DNA of 64,000 bases, taken from the IMG/VR virus record IMGVR_UViG_3300042691_050360, positions 102,523 through 166,522 of that record. One strand, 5' to 3'. The position numbers and the translations under genes were made by a program. Each line of letters begins with the position of its first letter. The first letter of the stretch is position 1. Below the pieces are notes generated by a model. It searched no databases. It saw nothing but the letters and a program-made list of their open reading frames with translations, and was not told where the DNA came from. This document shows, one piece after another, positions 6,459 to 18,100 of this stretch. This DNA comes from a virus.

Positions 6459-7277
6459 TTACTCTTCTTCGCTGATGATGATTTCTTCAGCAAAATCAGA
6501 ATCATCGTCAGAGATATCAAGGTCTAGATCAACTGAGTCTCTTTTGTAAACATGATCTGATTCGTCGTATCCAATAGAGTCCATGATATAGCTCGTCTTC
6601 ATTTCGATTTCGCCCTCGTCGGGTAGCATCATGGCGTCTCTGTTGAGCGTCTTCATGCTTGTTCTTACAACACCAGATGAAGTATTGTTGCCGTCTCCCG
6701 TAGGTGTGGCGTAGTATGCTGGCTTCGATTGTTTTTCAGCGGCGGCTTGTCTTGTGCTAGAAAGTAAAGCGGGCACAATATTTGGGTTGGATTCAACCAT
6801 CGTCGAGAACTCTTCAGCAGTGAGTAAATCGCCTCTTTCTGTGGCAATGTTTTGTGCAATTTCAAAAGCCGTAACATATGACATCGGGTGACTGGCTGTT
6901 CCAGTGATATCGATTGGGTCTTGCTTTTTCCTTCCCGTGAGCAAGTCAAAAGTATCCGCCGCGAACTCCTTGTCATCAACCTTCATGTTTTTGTATTCGC
7001 TCTTGGTTTTCTGTTCGCGTAGAAGTTGCTTTCTTTCCTTCTCGTATTGAAGCTTGACAGTCTTTTCGTACTCAGCTTCATTAAGTTGACGAAGTGTTCC
7101 CTCCCGAAGCGAGTTCTTTAAGTTAGACGATCTTTTTATAATTATTGGGTCTTCCCAAGTAAGATCCTTAACTTCTCTCGGCCCCCATGTCATATTGATG
7201 TCACTGCACACATGATAGAATGGTGTAATGTTTTGAACAATAAATGACGGCCTTTCATCCACGGCTGAATTATCCAT
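6459..7277 (-). CDS. hypothetical protein with acidic C-terminus (272 aa)
   Basis: Long ORF, upstream TGTATAAT motif and downstream terminator. Confidence 0.8.
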   Translation of the reverse strand: MDNSAVDERPSFIVQNITPFYHVCSDINMTWGPREVKDLTWEDPIIIKRSSNLKNSLREGTLRQLNEAEYEKTVKLQYEKERKQLLREQKTKSEYKNMKVDDKEFAADTFDLLTGRKKQDPIDITGTASHPMSYVTAFEIAQNIATERGDLLTAEEFSTMVESNPNIVPALLSSTRQAAAEKQSKPAYYATPTGDGNNTSSGVVRTSMKTLNRDAMMLPDEGEIEMKTSYIMDSIGYDESDHVYKRDSVDLDLDISDDDSDFAEEIIISEEE

Positions 7278-7303
7278 AATTCAATTATACATTAAAAATA
7301 TAA

Positions 7304-7621
7304 CTAGCTGTCTCCGAAGAATCTTCCACCTGAATCAATGTCGAAGCAATGATAGTCATAATCGTCCTCTATGTAGTCATTAGGTATTATGTGAGCTATT
7401 TCACCAATATCTATTTCGTCTTTCATCTTTTGCACAAGTTCTTTTTTTGCTTTCACTTCGCTACGAATTGCGGAATCGAGAGAGAAATTTTTAACATTCT
7501 CATAAGCCCACAGTATGTAACTCGGATCAAATATGATTACTTCTGACCATGCTTTTCCCTTGTGTTTTCCGAAGGCTACGATGCTTCTGTCTATAGCCCC
7601 CTTTCGATTAGCTGGCTGCAT
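7304..7621 (-). CDS. DUF3820/ExoX-C-terminal-like small protein
   Basis: FGKHKGKAWSEV...DPSYILWA motif. Confidence 0.6.
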   Translation of the reverse strand: MQPANRKGAIDRSIVAFGKHKGKAWSEVIIFDPSYILWAYENVKNFSLDSAIRSEVKAKKELVQKMKDEIDIGEIAHIIPNDYIEDDYDYHCFDIDSGGRFFGDS

Positions 7622-7790
7622 TTATTCTTCTCACTACATCTTTAAATCTTTCTTCGTGTGCTTCTCGCCTAGCTTTAGTTGATTCATCTGAAAGATATTG
7701 GGCGATGAAAGATTGTCTATTTTCCCGGCTTTCTTTAATTTCCTCGGGGGTTCTTTCTGGCTCATCTAAAAACTCAGTGAACATACACAT
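7608..7790 (-). CDS. hypothetical protein (60 aa)
   Basis: CGTATAAT lies 14 nt before the ATG; the ORF overlaps the next gene by 14 nt. Confidence 0.65.
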   Translation of the reverse strand: MCMFTEFLDEPERTPEEIKESRENRQSFIAQYLSDESTKARREAHEERFKDVVRRINAAS

Positions 7791-7805
7791 AATCTTATTA
7801 TACGA

Positions 7806-8135
7806 TCAAAAATCTGAGAGTTTTCTGTCACCATTCTTAAATTCATTTCCTAGCCAGAATTCATTGGATTTAGCCTCTCTGGAGTCTGGCGGAGCATCTT
7901 TCTTTCTTTTATTTGTCTCGTCTTTCATCCATTTTCCGCTGTCCAGTCTTTTCTCTGTAGCACCTTGTGATTTCTGGTTTCTGCTTCTTCCCTCTTTGGT
8001 TGCGAACGAGTCGAAAATTCTTTTCATTGTTCCTTTTCCACAAGGGCAAACGATCTCAGGTTTATAATCATTAGTAGATAGGTGAACTTCATGGATAGAA
8101 TTATCGCAACTGCATCTGAATCTAAACAAGGGCAT
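7806..8135 (-). CDS. FmdB-family zinc-ribbon protein
   Basis: MPLFRFRCSC...EIVCPCGKGTMKRIFDSF fits the FmdB pattern. The start is placed at MPLF rather than at 8153. Confidence 0.7.
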   Translation of the reverse strand: MPLFRFRCSCDNSIHEVHLSTNDYKPEIVCPCGKGTMKRIFDSFATKEGRSRNQKSQGATEKRLDSGKWMKDETNKRKKDAPPDSREAKSNEFWLGNEFKNGDRKLSDF

Positions 8136-8293
8136 GACAAAAAATTTGTACACTTTTATTGTGTTAAGGCCCGAGATTTTTTTAAAACCAATATATACGA
8201 AGAAATTACTTTCAAGAATGGCAAGAAGGCTTTGAAGGCTGTCAATCCCACAAACAGTGTTGTTTCTTATCTAATCATTAAGCAGAAATAAAG

Positions 8294-9226
8294 ATGAAAA
8301 AAATAGTTGTATCACAGCCCTTGCCTGCAGCTGCCCCAGGTGGTATGGGAGAAGCTGTAGACGCCGTAGTGGATATCGCCGGGGGCTCTGTTAAGCCAAT
8401 CGTTGATAAAGTGCGTAAGATAGATTTTAACAAAGATACACCTGGAAGCAATGCGTTAACAAACTACACGGAATTTAATGAATTAGCTAATACTTTTAAG
8501 AATGTTTTTCATGTAACTGATCCTAAATTTACTGATGCCGAAAAGCTAAGGGAGTATTTTTTAGATGCTGGTTTATTTAACGATCTTAAAGGCCTTGTTC
8601 CTTTCGCCACCAATCTTAAAGATACGCTATTTGCTATCTCTGGGTATTCCAGGTTTGAGCCGAATATTGCCCAATTACTGGCAAATTTCGCCCTTAACCT
8701 CTTAGATAGAACAAGAAGTTTTGACCAGGTTAACCGAAAACTCCAAGACATCAAAGACAAAGCATCTGACACCGAGCGACCAAAAGACGCTTATATTATT
8801 GCTTTATTAAAAGGTGATTATCAAACCGCAAGCTTACTCCTATTACTATCTGATATTGGCAAGATGGTTTCTACAACAACCCTAAAAGATATTCAAGAGA
8901 CACAGCAGCTTGCAAATAAATTATTGGGACCAAAATCCCAGGAACTTCTCGACGCACAATATCTTGACAATCAGCAGGCTGCAGCAAATGCTGCAGTTCT
9001 AAAAAATTCTCTAGCAAAGTTCCGTGCCATGATACCCATGGGTGTTCAGCAAGCTCAATGGCGTAAACAAATTAATCAGTTCGGTGAATCTTTTTTCAAA
9101 AGTGATGCGGGTAAAGGTATCTTAGCCTCTCCCATCGTGACTCAACTTGGTGCGGCTGCCGCTGGCTTTGAGTCACTCAAAGATGTTTATAAGTTTCCTT
9201 TAAAGGAAACATTTGGGGGTAAATAA
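8294..9226 (+). CDS. helical hypothetical protein, possibly an internal virion protein
   Basis: Ala/Gln-rich 310-aa ORF. First gene of the plus-strand block, with a TAATG overlap to the next gene. Confidence 0.8.
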   Translation: MKKIVVSQPLPAAAPGGMGEAVDAVVDIAGGSVKPIVDKVRKIDFNKDTPGSNALTNYTEFNELANTFKNVFHVTDPKFTDAEKLREYFLDAGLFNDLKGLVPFATNLKDTLFAISGYSRFEPNIAQLLANFALNLLDRTRSFDQVNRKLQDIKDKASDTERPKDAYIIALLKGDYQTASLLLLLSDIGKMVSTTTLKDIQETQQLANKLLGPKSQELLDAQYLDNQQAAANAAVLKNSLAKFRAMIPMGVQQAQWRKQINQFGESFFKSDAGKGILASPIVTQLGAAAAGFESLKDVYKFPLKETFGGK

Positions 9227-10206
9227 TGTTTAATTATAAGAAGTTTGTTTTCAAGAAGTTCTCCCAGGCCCAACCCGCTCAGACACAATCTGGAAAAATT
9301 TTAAATGAATTAGACCCAAATAAGTCCACTGGCAAGATCTTAGATGAATTAGATACAAATAAGTCCGTTGATAAAAAAGTTGAAGAGCAAGTTAGTGCTA
9401 GAGCACAAGAAAAAGCAAGGTCGGTTAATAATGCCAAGCGTCAGCTGGGTGTTTTTGAAGATACTTTTGAAAAGCTTGGTGAAGCCCTCCAAGAAGTCTC
9501 TAAGGACTCTCCTTTTGCATCGGTAGAGCCTGGCAACCTAGTTAAGGCATGCGATTCAGTCGCCAAGACTCTTAATAAAGAAAATGTCATTACTCCTGAT
9601 GAAATTCAGGATATATATCAACAATATATAGAAGCTTTCCAAAATATGCTATCAGCTTCGCAATCGCTTTTTACTGAATATGATGAAGTTAAAAACGACG
9701 ATGAAGTATTAAAGCTCCTTAATCTTGGCGGCGAGATCAGAAGCGATTCAGGGGCCCCGGCATCTCCTCAGACAAAAGTGAATGAACCAGATCGGTTAGA
9801 AATGAAATCGTTTCTTGATGCCGAGATTCAAAAAATACAAAACAAGATTAAGTTGAATGAGCTTAAGATCACAAAGCAACAACGCCAATTTATGCAGTTT
9901 GATATTCTGTATCAAGATATGTTTAACTATTATTCTTTACTTTCTAGAATTTGCGAGACAAAAACCCGATATGATGCACAGGTTGAGCAGTTTAAATTTG
10001 GGAGTCCTGAAGATTATCAGGCTTTGCTGAGCTATTATGAATATGGTATGTCTTTGCTTCAAATTATGGCACCGAAGGCAGCTAGTATCTTTCCCACGAA
10101 TGCAAAAAATATACAATCTTACTATTCGATGTTAATAGAACAGGCTCGGGCTGAAATTAGTAAGCTTTCCATTGATCCGCTTAAGGCACTGTACGGAAGG
10201 AAGTAA
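9226..10206 (+). CDS. coiled-coil hypothetical protein, possibly an internal virion protein
   Basis: 326-aa ORF with a short internal duplication GKIL(N/D)ELD(P/T)NKS. Confidence 0.8.
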   Translation: MFNYKKFVFKKFSQAQPAQTQSGKILNELDPNKSTGKILDELDTNKSVDKKVEEQVSARAQEKARSVNNAKRQLGVFEDTFEKLGEALQEVSKDSPFASVEPGNLVKACDSVAKTLNKENVITPDEIQDIYQQYIEAFQNMLSASQSLFTEYDEVKNDDEVLKLLNLGGEIRSDSGAPASPQTKVNEPDRLEMKSFLDAEIQKIQNKIKLNELKITKQQRQFMQFDILYQDMFNYYSLLSRICETKTRYDAQVEQFKFGSPEDYQALLSYYEYGMSLLQIMAPKAASIFPTNAKNIQSYYSMLIEQARAEISKLSIDPLKALYGRK

Positions 10207-10207
10207 T

Positions 10208-10846
10208 GTGGATTTCGAAGCTTTTGTTGAATTTTCAGATTTAGGGCTAGATGATTACATTATAGATCTTGATTGGGATATTGAAGCCAAGCGTTTCTTG
10301 CCATCTCATCATACCGCCGGGGACTTAAGAGCTATAAATGTCGGCCAAAAACAATCAAAGAAGCAAAAAGTTTTTAAGACTCTTGGGGCACTCAAGCGGG
10401 AAAACTCCGAGCCAGTAAATATTCACGACTCTGGCTATAACCTTGATGCCCCTGCTGTTGAGGGTAATCAAACACAATCTGATTCAGAAAGAAATGTTAT
10501 TCTGAACACCGCTGAAAAGATAACAGAAATCCTTGGCGACAAGATTGTAAATGAAGTGATTAACAACAGCTCTTTCAGTGAAAATGTAAATGTAAAAATA
10601 GAAGAGAGTGTAACAAACATATCTGATGTTCTTAATCAAAAAATAGAACAATCAAATTCATTTACCACTGAACAAATTACTGAATTAGAATCAAATATGA
10701 ATATGATCAATAATACTCATATTCATCCGCGTGAATTAAAAATAATAGAGGAGAGGGTCACCGAGCAAAATGAAAAAATCAAACAAGAAATTGATCGAAA
10801 GATTGAAAAGCAAAAAGATTTTTTCACGAAGTTCTTAAACTCATAA
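10208..10846 (+). CDS. hypothetical coiled-coil protein
   Basis: Same frame as the 10172..10846 ORF. The GTG at 10208 follows AAGGAAG and the upstream stop, making it the likelier start. Confidence 0.7.
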   Translation: MDFEAFVEFSDLGLDDYIIDLDWDIEAKRFLPSHHTAGDLRAINVGQKQSKKQKVFKTLGALKRENSEPVNIHDSGYNLDAPAVEGNQTQSDSERNVILNTAEKITEILGDKIVNEVINNSSFSENVNVKIEESVTNISDVLNQKIEQSNSFTTEQITELESNMNMINNTHIHPRELKIIEERVTEQNEKIKQEIDRKIEKQKDFFTKFLNS

Positions 10847-10847
10847 C

Positions 10848-13800
10848 ATGCCAGATCCATATGAAAATCCAGATGTCACACCGTGTTTAGGCACTTACAC
10901 ATGGGTTCCCACCACGCCACCAAATTTTGGTGGATTTAACTTCACCAGGGGGTTTTCAAGTCTTATAATAGACAGGGGGTCTTTCAGGAACTATTGGTAT
11001 AAAAATCTTTTAGAGAAAAACATTCTAGTCAGAACCTTTTCAGATAATACCTCATCGGGATCTCCATATAATCCGATAAAAAACTCTACCAGGTCACTAG
11101 CATTAGGCTTTCCTGTAAAGATAGGAAATGGAGACAATGTTGCAATATCTGAAGTGAAAAGTGAAAGTTTAATAGAGTTTGATTTTCTCACTGACAGTCA
11201 GAAGAGGCTTTCTTGTATTCAAATTAATTATGATTTATCTGTTTTTGCTAATGATGAGAATTATAATTTTGATCTAAATCCCCCGGTTCCAGCTGTTTTG
11301 GTTTATGGCAAAACCTCTTCTGGTGCTGAAGAATTAATAACAACAGATGTTTTTAAGGGCTTGAATTTAACCAGAACCAGGAGCACCTTAAATGAATCAA
11401 ATTTAGTATCCGCAAATAATTCAGGCTCGCCAGATTCCGGCCCATATTTTGTTAATTTCAAAATAAAGATAAAAGAGGAGATCCTTGACAGATCTAAATT
11501 CCCTCAGTACAAAAGCGTAATTTTTAAGATAAATCCAGCTATTGTATCATTGCCCTCAAGCTTGGTTTTTGTTATAAAAAACATAATGTTCTTTACTGCA
11601 GATCGTGTTAATTTTAGGTTTGCGGCGGAGTCAGATCAATTGCCATGTAAGGCCCTTGGTTACTCGATGGCGATTGACGGAACTTTTTTTCCAGCACTTG
11701 CACTAGGGGCTTCATTGGCTTCAGCCGCTGGAGGAGTTCTTTCAGGAGTTTCAGTGGGCACAATGGGTTTATTTATTTGGCCATCGATCTTACCTGATAA
11801 TTGCAACATAGATGTGAAATTATTCAATCCCGATTTCATATCTAATTCACCAGGATTTGCTCATTCATTGAACCTTCATTTGTATATTTTCACTATGCCC
11901 GTTTTTGGGCCACTAGGTGATTTTTTACTTCCGGGAGTTTTACAGCCTCATTTTGGCGTAATATTGGGTCCAAAAAGCTTTACCCAGCAATGGATTTTTT
12001 ATGGAAATAGCAATAATAACAATCTTCAACTGGCGGTAATGAACTCCGCATTGTTCAAGAAAAATTCGGGCTTGGTGACATTGCTACAAGGAGAACAAGC
12101 CGTTGGAGAGGTAAAACAAATTCGACCCTTGGTCAGTGGTTTTTCTTCAATTGTAAAAAATCAACCTTACTATGAACAGCTCGGGGTTTCAACTACCGGC
12201 GGATTTAAAAATGATTATGTAGATGAATTTGGTATTCAGAGTCAATCTGAAACATATAATGGATCAGTTCCCCGCCTCACTCCATTCACGGCACTGGAAC
12301 CAGTGGCAAATTTCCCGAGAACCTCAAAACAACAATTCGCTTATTCAACATTTTTGTTTGAAACTGAGCCCGATTTATTTAATTTGTTTACAGAATCTGC
12401 ACCCTGTCTTTTGTTTAAGTGCTCAAGTTCATCAGGGTTTTCTGATAGCATATTTATAGAGCCAGGATTTTTATATGCATCTTTAAATTGTTTCTCAACA
12501 GATGCCTCAGGCATGTTTGACACTAAATTAGTTTACAGATTCTTTTTAGTATCTAAAGACGCCACTCCAACACCCACCGATCCATTAACTAAAACAATAA
12601 AGATACAAGAATCTGGAACTAATGATTCTTCTATAATAATTGAGCCAGTGGATCGCTCGTGGGATTTTTCAAACACACTGGTTACAGGAAATATAGTTGG
12701 TGATCTTAATACGGTAGAGACAGCTGAGATTATAAACCAGTCTCTAAGAACATTCAGTCCATTTGATGGCAAGCCTTATGATCTTTATTGCGGCGTTTAT
12801 GCTATGTCAAGCTTGAATGACAGCTTTTCTGGCTATGATTTAACAAAATATTCAACATTAGACTTGCCAACTGTTACTTTTTCAATCAATAATGATTTTA
12901 TCATCCAACTTCCAATTTATTACAGAAAATCTTATGCCAATGGCGGAACGCTGCAAGCACAAAGAGATTTTGGATTAAAAGGGCGATATACTTCGGATAA
13001 ATTAAGCTACACAATTATAACAGAAAAATACAACGGAAGTCCTTTTTCCGGGGGTACTTACAGCGGTAGCATAGACTCATTCGACGGTGTAAGCGGTTTG
13101 CTCACTTTTGTTGAAAGCTCCACTGCACCTTCTGATAAAACAAAATTTTCAATACAAGCCGGCGAGAATATTACCGAAACAGATTATGTCTTATTGGTTG
13201 AATCCACCTCCAATGCAAGAATTAATTCAGGGGAGTGGGTTTTAAGTTTTAGTGCGGACGTTAGTGCGGGCGGTTCTAACATTGAAGCTAAATTTGAAAT
13301 TGATTTGGTTGACAGAAGGAGTTCCAATTTAATATTGAAGGTTTTAAGCAGTGAGTTTCAGCCAATTTTTGCGTCAGTTGGTGACTCGCCTGCTTCAAAG
13401 ACTTGCACCGCCAATATCACAGTTCCCTTCTTTCTTCCGCAGAGCGAGGGTTTGTTGGTTGTAAGAATACTATTCAGAAATAAAACAGCTTCCTTAGCCA
13501 CTGTTTCTGTTGATAAAATCACCTTAGAAGAGAATACTCTTGAACAATTTAGTTTTATACCTCAGCAAATAAGAAATTATTTAATAGGATTTTATGAAGA
13601 CTTGCCAATTCAGCCCGATTCTTTTGTTTCAGGTTGTCAATCATTCATACTAAAGCTTGATATGGGCTCTGGAACGATCATATATGATCCGCAGAAGGGC
13701 CTCAGTATTACAGGCGTGATCTATAGCCCCACTTGGGCAGTGGATTTGCCGGAGAATATGGAGATTCAATACAATGCCACTCAAATCAACAAGAGCAGAA

Positions 13801-15164
13801 CTGGTAGTATTGTGAACGGAGTGGAACCATATAAAATATTCTTCAGAACTGGCCAATCTAATGATGTGAAAGTTATAGATACAAAGCGGCACCAAAATGG
13901 CTTGATTGTAACAATGGCTAATACTAAAACTAATACATCTGATAATGCTATACAACAGATTGTGTCTGAGAGTTTCTTTAGATTAACCACCTACACTGAT
14001 AAAGTCACCACGCCTTTAAGCAACTTAAATCTCGTTGAATTAGATTTAAAAAACCCAATCTTGTCAAAAAGTGATAACAACAACATTCAACTCGCCCTTT
14101 CCGGCCAGAATCTAAACAATGCAAATATAACAACTTTGCTCTTTAACAATGAAGCACCTGGATATTACTCCACTCAGCCAAGCGACGGCGGTACATTTAT
14201 GCCGATTAACGACCCCGGTTCTGTTGTAAGTAAGTCGGCTAATTGTGCTATAACCACTTTTGATTTCAAGGATGATAAATCCAATAATATAGGCGTAACT
14301 GCAGGTGGTAATTTAATATACTCCCTGAATCAATCTTCCTCTACATCTCAAGCTACTAATTTTACTTTAGTTGAGGGGGATCCAGCAAACAATAGCACCA
14401 ACGAAGAGCTTGGCAACTTTGATAACCTATATATTTCCTCAGGTGTTGATAACCAATATGTTTTTTGCGGCCCCGCTCAAGTCACTTTTCCTGGAATATT
14501 GCTTACGAGCCAGAATTGTGTTGTGTTTTATGTGTTTGCTAAAACCAACTCTTTATCCTCTCAGGCGAAATCAAACAGAGATTTTTTCAACATTAAACCC
14601 GGAACTGCCATTTATGGAAGATTTTTAAGTGGTGCCAGGATTTCCACTGTATTTTTAGTTTTTGATTTTGAGGGCTATTGCGAGCAAAACGGTGGAGTAA
14701 ATTTTGGCACAAACGAATTTCCAATTATTAATCAGATCACTGTTTGCAAGAATGATATTTATTCTTATGGTGAAAGCTTTAATTTAGTTTTTGATTGTGC
14801 TGGAAAAATATTTGTTGCAAGATCTGTGTTTACCCAAAACAACGCATTTACGTCCGGCCTTGGGATTGTTTATGGCAATCTTGAAACATCATCTGATGCC
14901 GCTGGTTCAAAATTTTTAAATTGTTTAAATAATATGGTTTCCAATTCTTCGCTTTATAAATTCAGATATAAAGACCGAAGTGGTATTCCTAAAGCTTTTT
15001 ATAATAAAGACTTAGATTTTTCACAAAAAATAGGATTTGTTGATTTTGACGGCGTTTACATGGGTGTACAATTTTACATAGGCTCAGATATTTATGAGAT
15101 TGTGATTGATAAATCTTATGTACTCGAAGGCGAGTACAGGAAAATCGGAGAAATTAATGAATAG
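10848..15164 (+). CDS. large virion structural protein (1438 aa; tail/baseplate region)
   Basis: Long beta-rich S/N/F-rich ORF within the structural block. Confidence 0.7.
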   Translation: MPDPYENPDVTPCLGTYTWVPTTPPNFGGFNFTRGFSSLIIDRGSFRNYWYKNLLEKNILVRTFSDNTSSGSPYNPIKNSTRSLALGFPVKIGNGDNVAISEVKSESLIEFDFLTDSQKRLSCIQINYDLSVFANDENYNFDLNPPVPAVLVYGKTSSGAEELITTDVFKGLNLTRTRSTLNESNLVSANNSGSPDSGPYFVNFKIKIKEEILDRSKFPQYKSVIFKINPAIVSLPSSLVFVIKNIMFFTADRVNFRFAAESDQLPCKALGYSMAIDGTFFPALALGASLASAAGGVLSGVSVGTMGLFIWPSILPDNCNIDVKLFNPDFISNSPGFAHSLNLHLYIFTMPVFGPLGDFLLPGVLQPHFGVILGPKSFTQQWIFYGNSNNNNLQLAVMNSALFKKNSGLVTLLQGEQAVGEVKQIRPLVSGFSSIVKNQPYYEQLGVSTTGGFKNDYVDEFGIQSQSETYNGSVPRLTPFTALEPVANFPRTSKQQFAYSTFLFETEPDLFNLFTESAPCLLFKCSSSSGFSDSIFIEPGFLYASLNCFSTDASGMFDTKLVYRFFLVSKDATPTPTDPLTKTIKIQESGTNDSSIIIEPVDRSWDFSNTLVTGNIVGDLNTVETAEIINQSLRTFSPFDGKPYDLYCGVYAMSSLNDSFSGYDLTKYSTLDLPTVTFSINNDFIIQLPIYYRKSYANGGTLQAQRDFGLKGRYTSDKLSYTIITEKYNGSPFSGGTYSGSIDSFDGVSGLLTFVESSTAPSDKTKFSIQAGENITETDYVLLVESTSNARINSGEWVLSFSADVSAGGSNIEAKFEIDLVDRRSSNLILKVLSSEFQPIFASVGDSPASKTCTANITVPFFLPQSEGLLVVRILFRNKTASLATVSVDKITLEENTLEQFSFIPQQIRNYLIGFYEDLPIQPDSFVSGCQSFILKLDMGSGTIIYDPQKGLSITGVIYSPTWAVDLPENMEIQYNATQINKSRTGSIVNGVEPYKIFFRTGQSNDVKVIDTKRHQNGLIVTMANTKTNTSDNAIQQIVSESFFRLTTYTDKVTTPLSNLNLVELDLKNPILSKSDNNNIQLALSGQNLNNANITTLLFNNEAPGYYSTQPSDGGTFMPINDPGSVVSKSANCAITTFDFKDDKSNNIGVTAGGNLIYSLNQSSSTSQATNFTLVEGDPANNSTNEELGNFDNLYISSGVDNQYVFCGPAQVTFPGILLTSQNCVVFYVFAKTNSLSSQAKSNRDFFNIKPGTAIYGRFLSGARISTVFLVFDFEGYCEQNGGVNFGTNEFPIINQITVCKNDIYSYGESFNLVFDCAGKIFVARSVFTQNNAFTSGLGIVYGNLETSSDAAGSKFLNCLNNMVSNSSLYKFRYKDRSGIPKAFYNKDLDFSQKIGFVDFDGVYMGVQFYIGSDIYEIVIDKSYVLEGEYRKIGEINE

Positions 15165-15170
15165 GAAGAA

Positions 15171-18100
15171 ATGGCAGTAGGCACTCAAATTCAAGAATCA
15201 AATTATTCAAATTTTGACTTCTCAGATAGTATTAATCTCAAAAAATCTCAATTGAACATTAAGATTGAGTTAGGTGTGCTGAATATTAAATCAAGATCTG
15301 GATTTCAGCAGTCCTACGCTGAAAATATTTCTGAAAATCAATTTTTTCCCTTAGCAGGTGGCAAACAGGCACAATCTTTTGTTTCCACTCCTACCTTGAA
15401 CCCAAATAAGTCTCAAACGCTGGTCTCCACAGTAAACGGGATTATGAATCAGCATTTTACTGTCACCGGTGCACCATATTGTACGTTTGTCGAGGGTACT
15501 CTTGAGGCTGGTGCCGAACACCCATATTATAATTTAATTAAGGGGCCGCCAACTGCTCCATTTTATGAATCTTCATCCACTCTGTCTTATGCCCCATCTA
15601 ACCCTGCGATATTAACTCAATTTTTTCAACAAAGTTATAATTCAGAGTCCTTGGTTTTTAATAAGGTGGGTAGCCCATTCATTCCTGGCACTACAAAAAC
15701 ATCTAACGCCGTGGACGAGAAAAAAAAAGCTGGGGCGATAAGCACAATAACTAGTTATAACATTTGGGAAGTAGAGAACCTTGGTGGAATAGACCCCAGG
15801 GATCCTAAGCAAAGAGAAAACAAAACTCAATTTTTTAATTTTCAAAGATATCTTGGCTTTCTTCCTAAGCCAGGTGCCACACTAGACAAGATTCAGCCAT
15901 ACGCACAAACGGTTTCCTTTAGTGACACCGCAGAGATACAAGTTTTTGCTTCTAACTCACAGGTTTCTCTTCGCAGATATTATCCCATGTCAAAAGATTA
16001 CGCTCATGAAAGTGGTTGTAAATATTTGATATATGACAGTGCTACTGGTTCCGCCCCTGAGCTAAAAGCTGAACCTCTCAAATTAGACAAGGTTTATTAT
16101 ACCCCAGACCCAAAAAAGCCAAATATAACCAAGAAGGTTCCAGCCGTGGGTTTTGTTTTGAAACTTTCCTCTGTTGTTCTGAATAATATACCGCCAACAG
16201 CAGCTCAGAATAACCCAACGATCCTCGCTGCACCTCAAATACTGGTTTCGTGGGGGAGAATTAATGCAAGTGAAGAAGAGCTTAAACAGGCTACTAAATT
16301 AGGCGAAATTTGCAAATACACGCTGAAGCTTTCTGCAAATGAAACCCCCACAGTGTATTTTAATATCACGGACAGGGAGCTGACTAACGATGTTGTCAGT
16401 GCTAATAATAAGTCTGTTAGCCTAACAGCACTTAAGGGTCTTGCATCTCAAGATGGTAATACCGGGGCGAAATCCCCTAATGATTTACAGATATTCGTTT
16501 ATTACACGGGGCCCTATATGCAAATCGGAAACACGCCAAACCCAGGCGAATGGCAGACTGTTGCCGCACCAGACGAAATTCCGCTCGATAACTATCCTGG
16601 TGAACCAGCTTCTCAACCTACAAAGAAATTGAGACACATGCTAGATGACACATCTGAAATAAGAATTTCAGCCCAATTTGTTAATTTTACGTTCTCTTAT
16701 GGCCCGCCATTATTTTCACCTTATGACCCGAACAATATTAATAAATTTTCAGCCAATCTTGCCAATACTTTGAATTTTATTTCAGGCGATGAGCCAGAAT
16801 CTGCAGAGGAAGCTCAATCTGAGCCGTCCGTTTTTAACGGTTTTTCCGTGTCGGCAACAGCTCGGACATCAATTGCAGAGAACATACTCAATAACTCTAT
16901 TCTAACCTTCGGCTCAGCAGAAGATTTAGATGTTAATGTGAAGCCAGATGACATTAATAATGAAATTACAGAGATAAACTCCGCCGCATTTATTGATGCA
17001 AGGGCTGATATTTCAGCCGCAGATTTTAGCTATGATACCGTGGCGTCAGGAACAAAATTTAAACTCACTTTTCCGAAAAACGCGGGAGGTTTTACCTTTA
17101 ACAATTTTAAGCCCGTTTTCGCCCCTGAGCCTGATATAAAAGAATCATACACCAACTATGAATTTAAGATTAGAAACTCAAAAGATACTATTTCTGAGAT
17201 ATTGTCAAATTCAGTTAAAAGTCTATCTTTAACAAAGAGGCTGGATGAGGACAAAAATGCTAGAATTTCTTCTGAGCTAGATATTCAATTTCTTAATCTT
17301 AACAAATCAGAGAGTGGCTTGAAAATCCTCCAATTTATGAGGCAAAATATCACTACCATTAGAGTTTCGGCTGGCTATGAGACTTTATATCCGTTCTTCG
17401 AGGGAATGGTTGAGGACATTAAAGTCACTGAGGGATTAAGTGAAACCATAGTCAAAGTTCAATCGAAAGATTTATTGCAAAAAATATTTGTTGATGATGA
17501 AACCATAATTGTTTCAACAGTTTACATGAACTTCCAGGGAATGAGATACAATAAGGTCATCAACCAAATGGTTTATTACTCGGAGCTCCACAATCACTTT
17601 AAATATGCTCTTGGTGATCCTACCGCAGCCGGGAAAGATGGACAAACGCTGGGGTATGCCTTCAATTTTAATGAATTTTATAGACTTCCACCTATTGATG
17701 TTTCTAGTTTAAGCCCGAAAGCCGCCTCTCTTAAAATTGTTCCGTATGATGACAAAGTTAATACATATTATAATTTACTCGCATATATAAAGAATCTATC
17801 TATCCAAATAAGTGACGGCAGATCTCAAAACAGTGTGAGGTTTGATGTGCCCATTTATTATTGGTACACTAGCGGTTCCGGTGAAGATAAAGATTTCCAA
17901 GGAACAAAAGAGGTGATCAGAGGAAATGGCATAGTAATGTCGTCCAGAACCATGAGTAAAGATACTGACACATTTTATCTTTCCAAGAAAAATATATCCA
18001 AAGAGATGACTACAGATATTTCTTCACTCCATGGCATGCTTTCTGGGAGCGAAGCTTTTACCTCCACCTCTAAATCTACTAATTTGTTTAGACAAGGGAA

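Noticed and set aside
8082-8291. Plus-strand 69-aa ORF in the divergent region
   Set aside because: It overlaps the FmdB-like gene on the other strand and the likely promoter region, with no supporting motif.
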